The position numbers were made by a program, and so were the translations under genes. From Octopus sinensis (lineage: Eukaryota): 64,000 nucleotides of DNA. Every line of letters begins with the position of its first letter. Position 1 is the first letter of the stretch. The notes below the pieces were generated by a model that had not been told where the DNA came from, did no database searches, and was given only the letters and a program-made list of their open reading frames with translations. The stretch is taken from the NCBI RefSeq assembly GCF_006345805.1, contig NC_043008.1, positions 36,766,001 to 36,830,000 of the forward strand, in the 5' to 3' direction. Positions 63,753 to 64,000 of the stretch are shown here, piece after piece.

Positions 63753-63784
<32 letters not shown>

Positions 63785-63979
63785 GTTTGTGTGTGTGTGT
63801 GTGTGCACGTGAACGTGCGTGCGTGTGTGTATGTATTTATATATTTACTAATATATCAGTTCAGTGTTCTTTTAAATAGAAACATGTAAGCAAATCACAT
63901 ATTTGTTCCTACAGAGAAAATATAATCTGTGATTAATCACAGATTTTTAGTGGCTGGAATGGAGGAATCAAGCAGCAGC

Positions 63980-64000
63980 AATTGACTTGTTTTTCTCTAG
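63980..64000 (+). other. Candidate 3' splice site at the window end
   Basis: Branch-like aattgac, pyrimidine tract ttgtttttctct, terminal ag. Confidence 0.35.

Overview
AT-rich, repeat-saturated animal genomic DNA with no recognisable host protein-coding exon; almost every ORF in the track is a translated microsatellite or SINE. The repeat families resemble those I recall from octopus (coleoid cephalopod) genomes, which is an inference and not a search result. The window probably lies in a long intron or intergenic region, and it ends on a good + strand 3' splice-site-like sequence. Decayed retroelements of four clades are readable by hand: R4/Dong-type RLE LINEs, RTE, L1/Tx1 and Penelope-like (GIY-YIG). 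There are also several tRNA-derived SINE families, piggyBac-type and long-TIR MITEs, a Helentron-like element, fold-back palindromes, minisatellites and very long microsatellites. Most notable: (1) several Penelope-type minimal hammerhead ribozyme motifs, including an intact-looking one at 29098-29143 and a 168-bp palindrome carrying two opposed variant hammerheads; (2) a 185-bp SINE-derived tandem array containing a 44-bp templated insertion, plus a TSD-flanked monomer that ends exactly at the array junction; (3) a discrete ~570-bp (AAT)n-tailed element present twice with the same ends; (4) an RTE LINE with a PHD-like finger inside its RT region; (5) local template-switch footprints. Boundaries are by eye and approximate unless a TSD or TIR is quoted.
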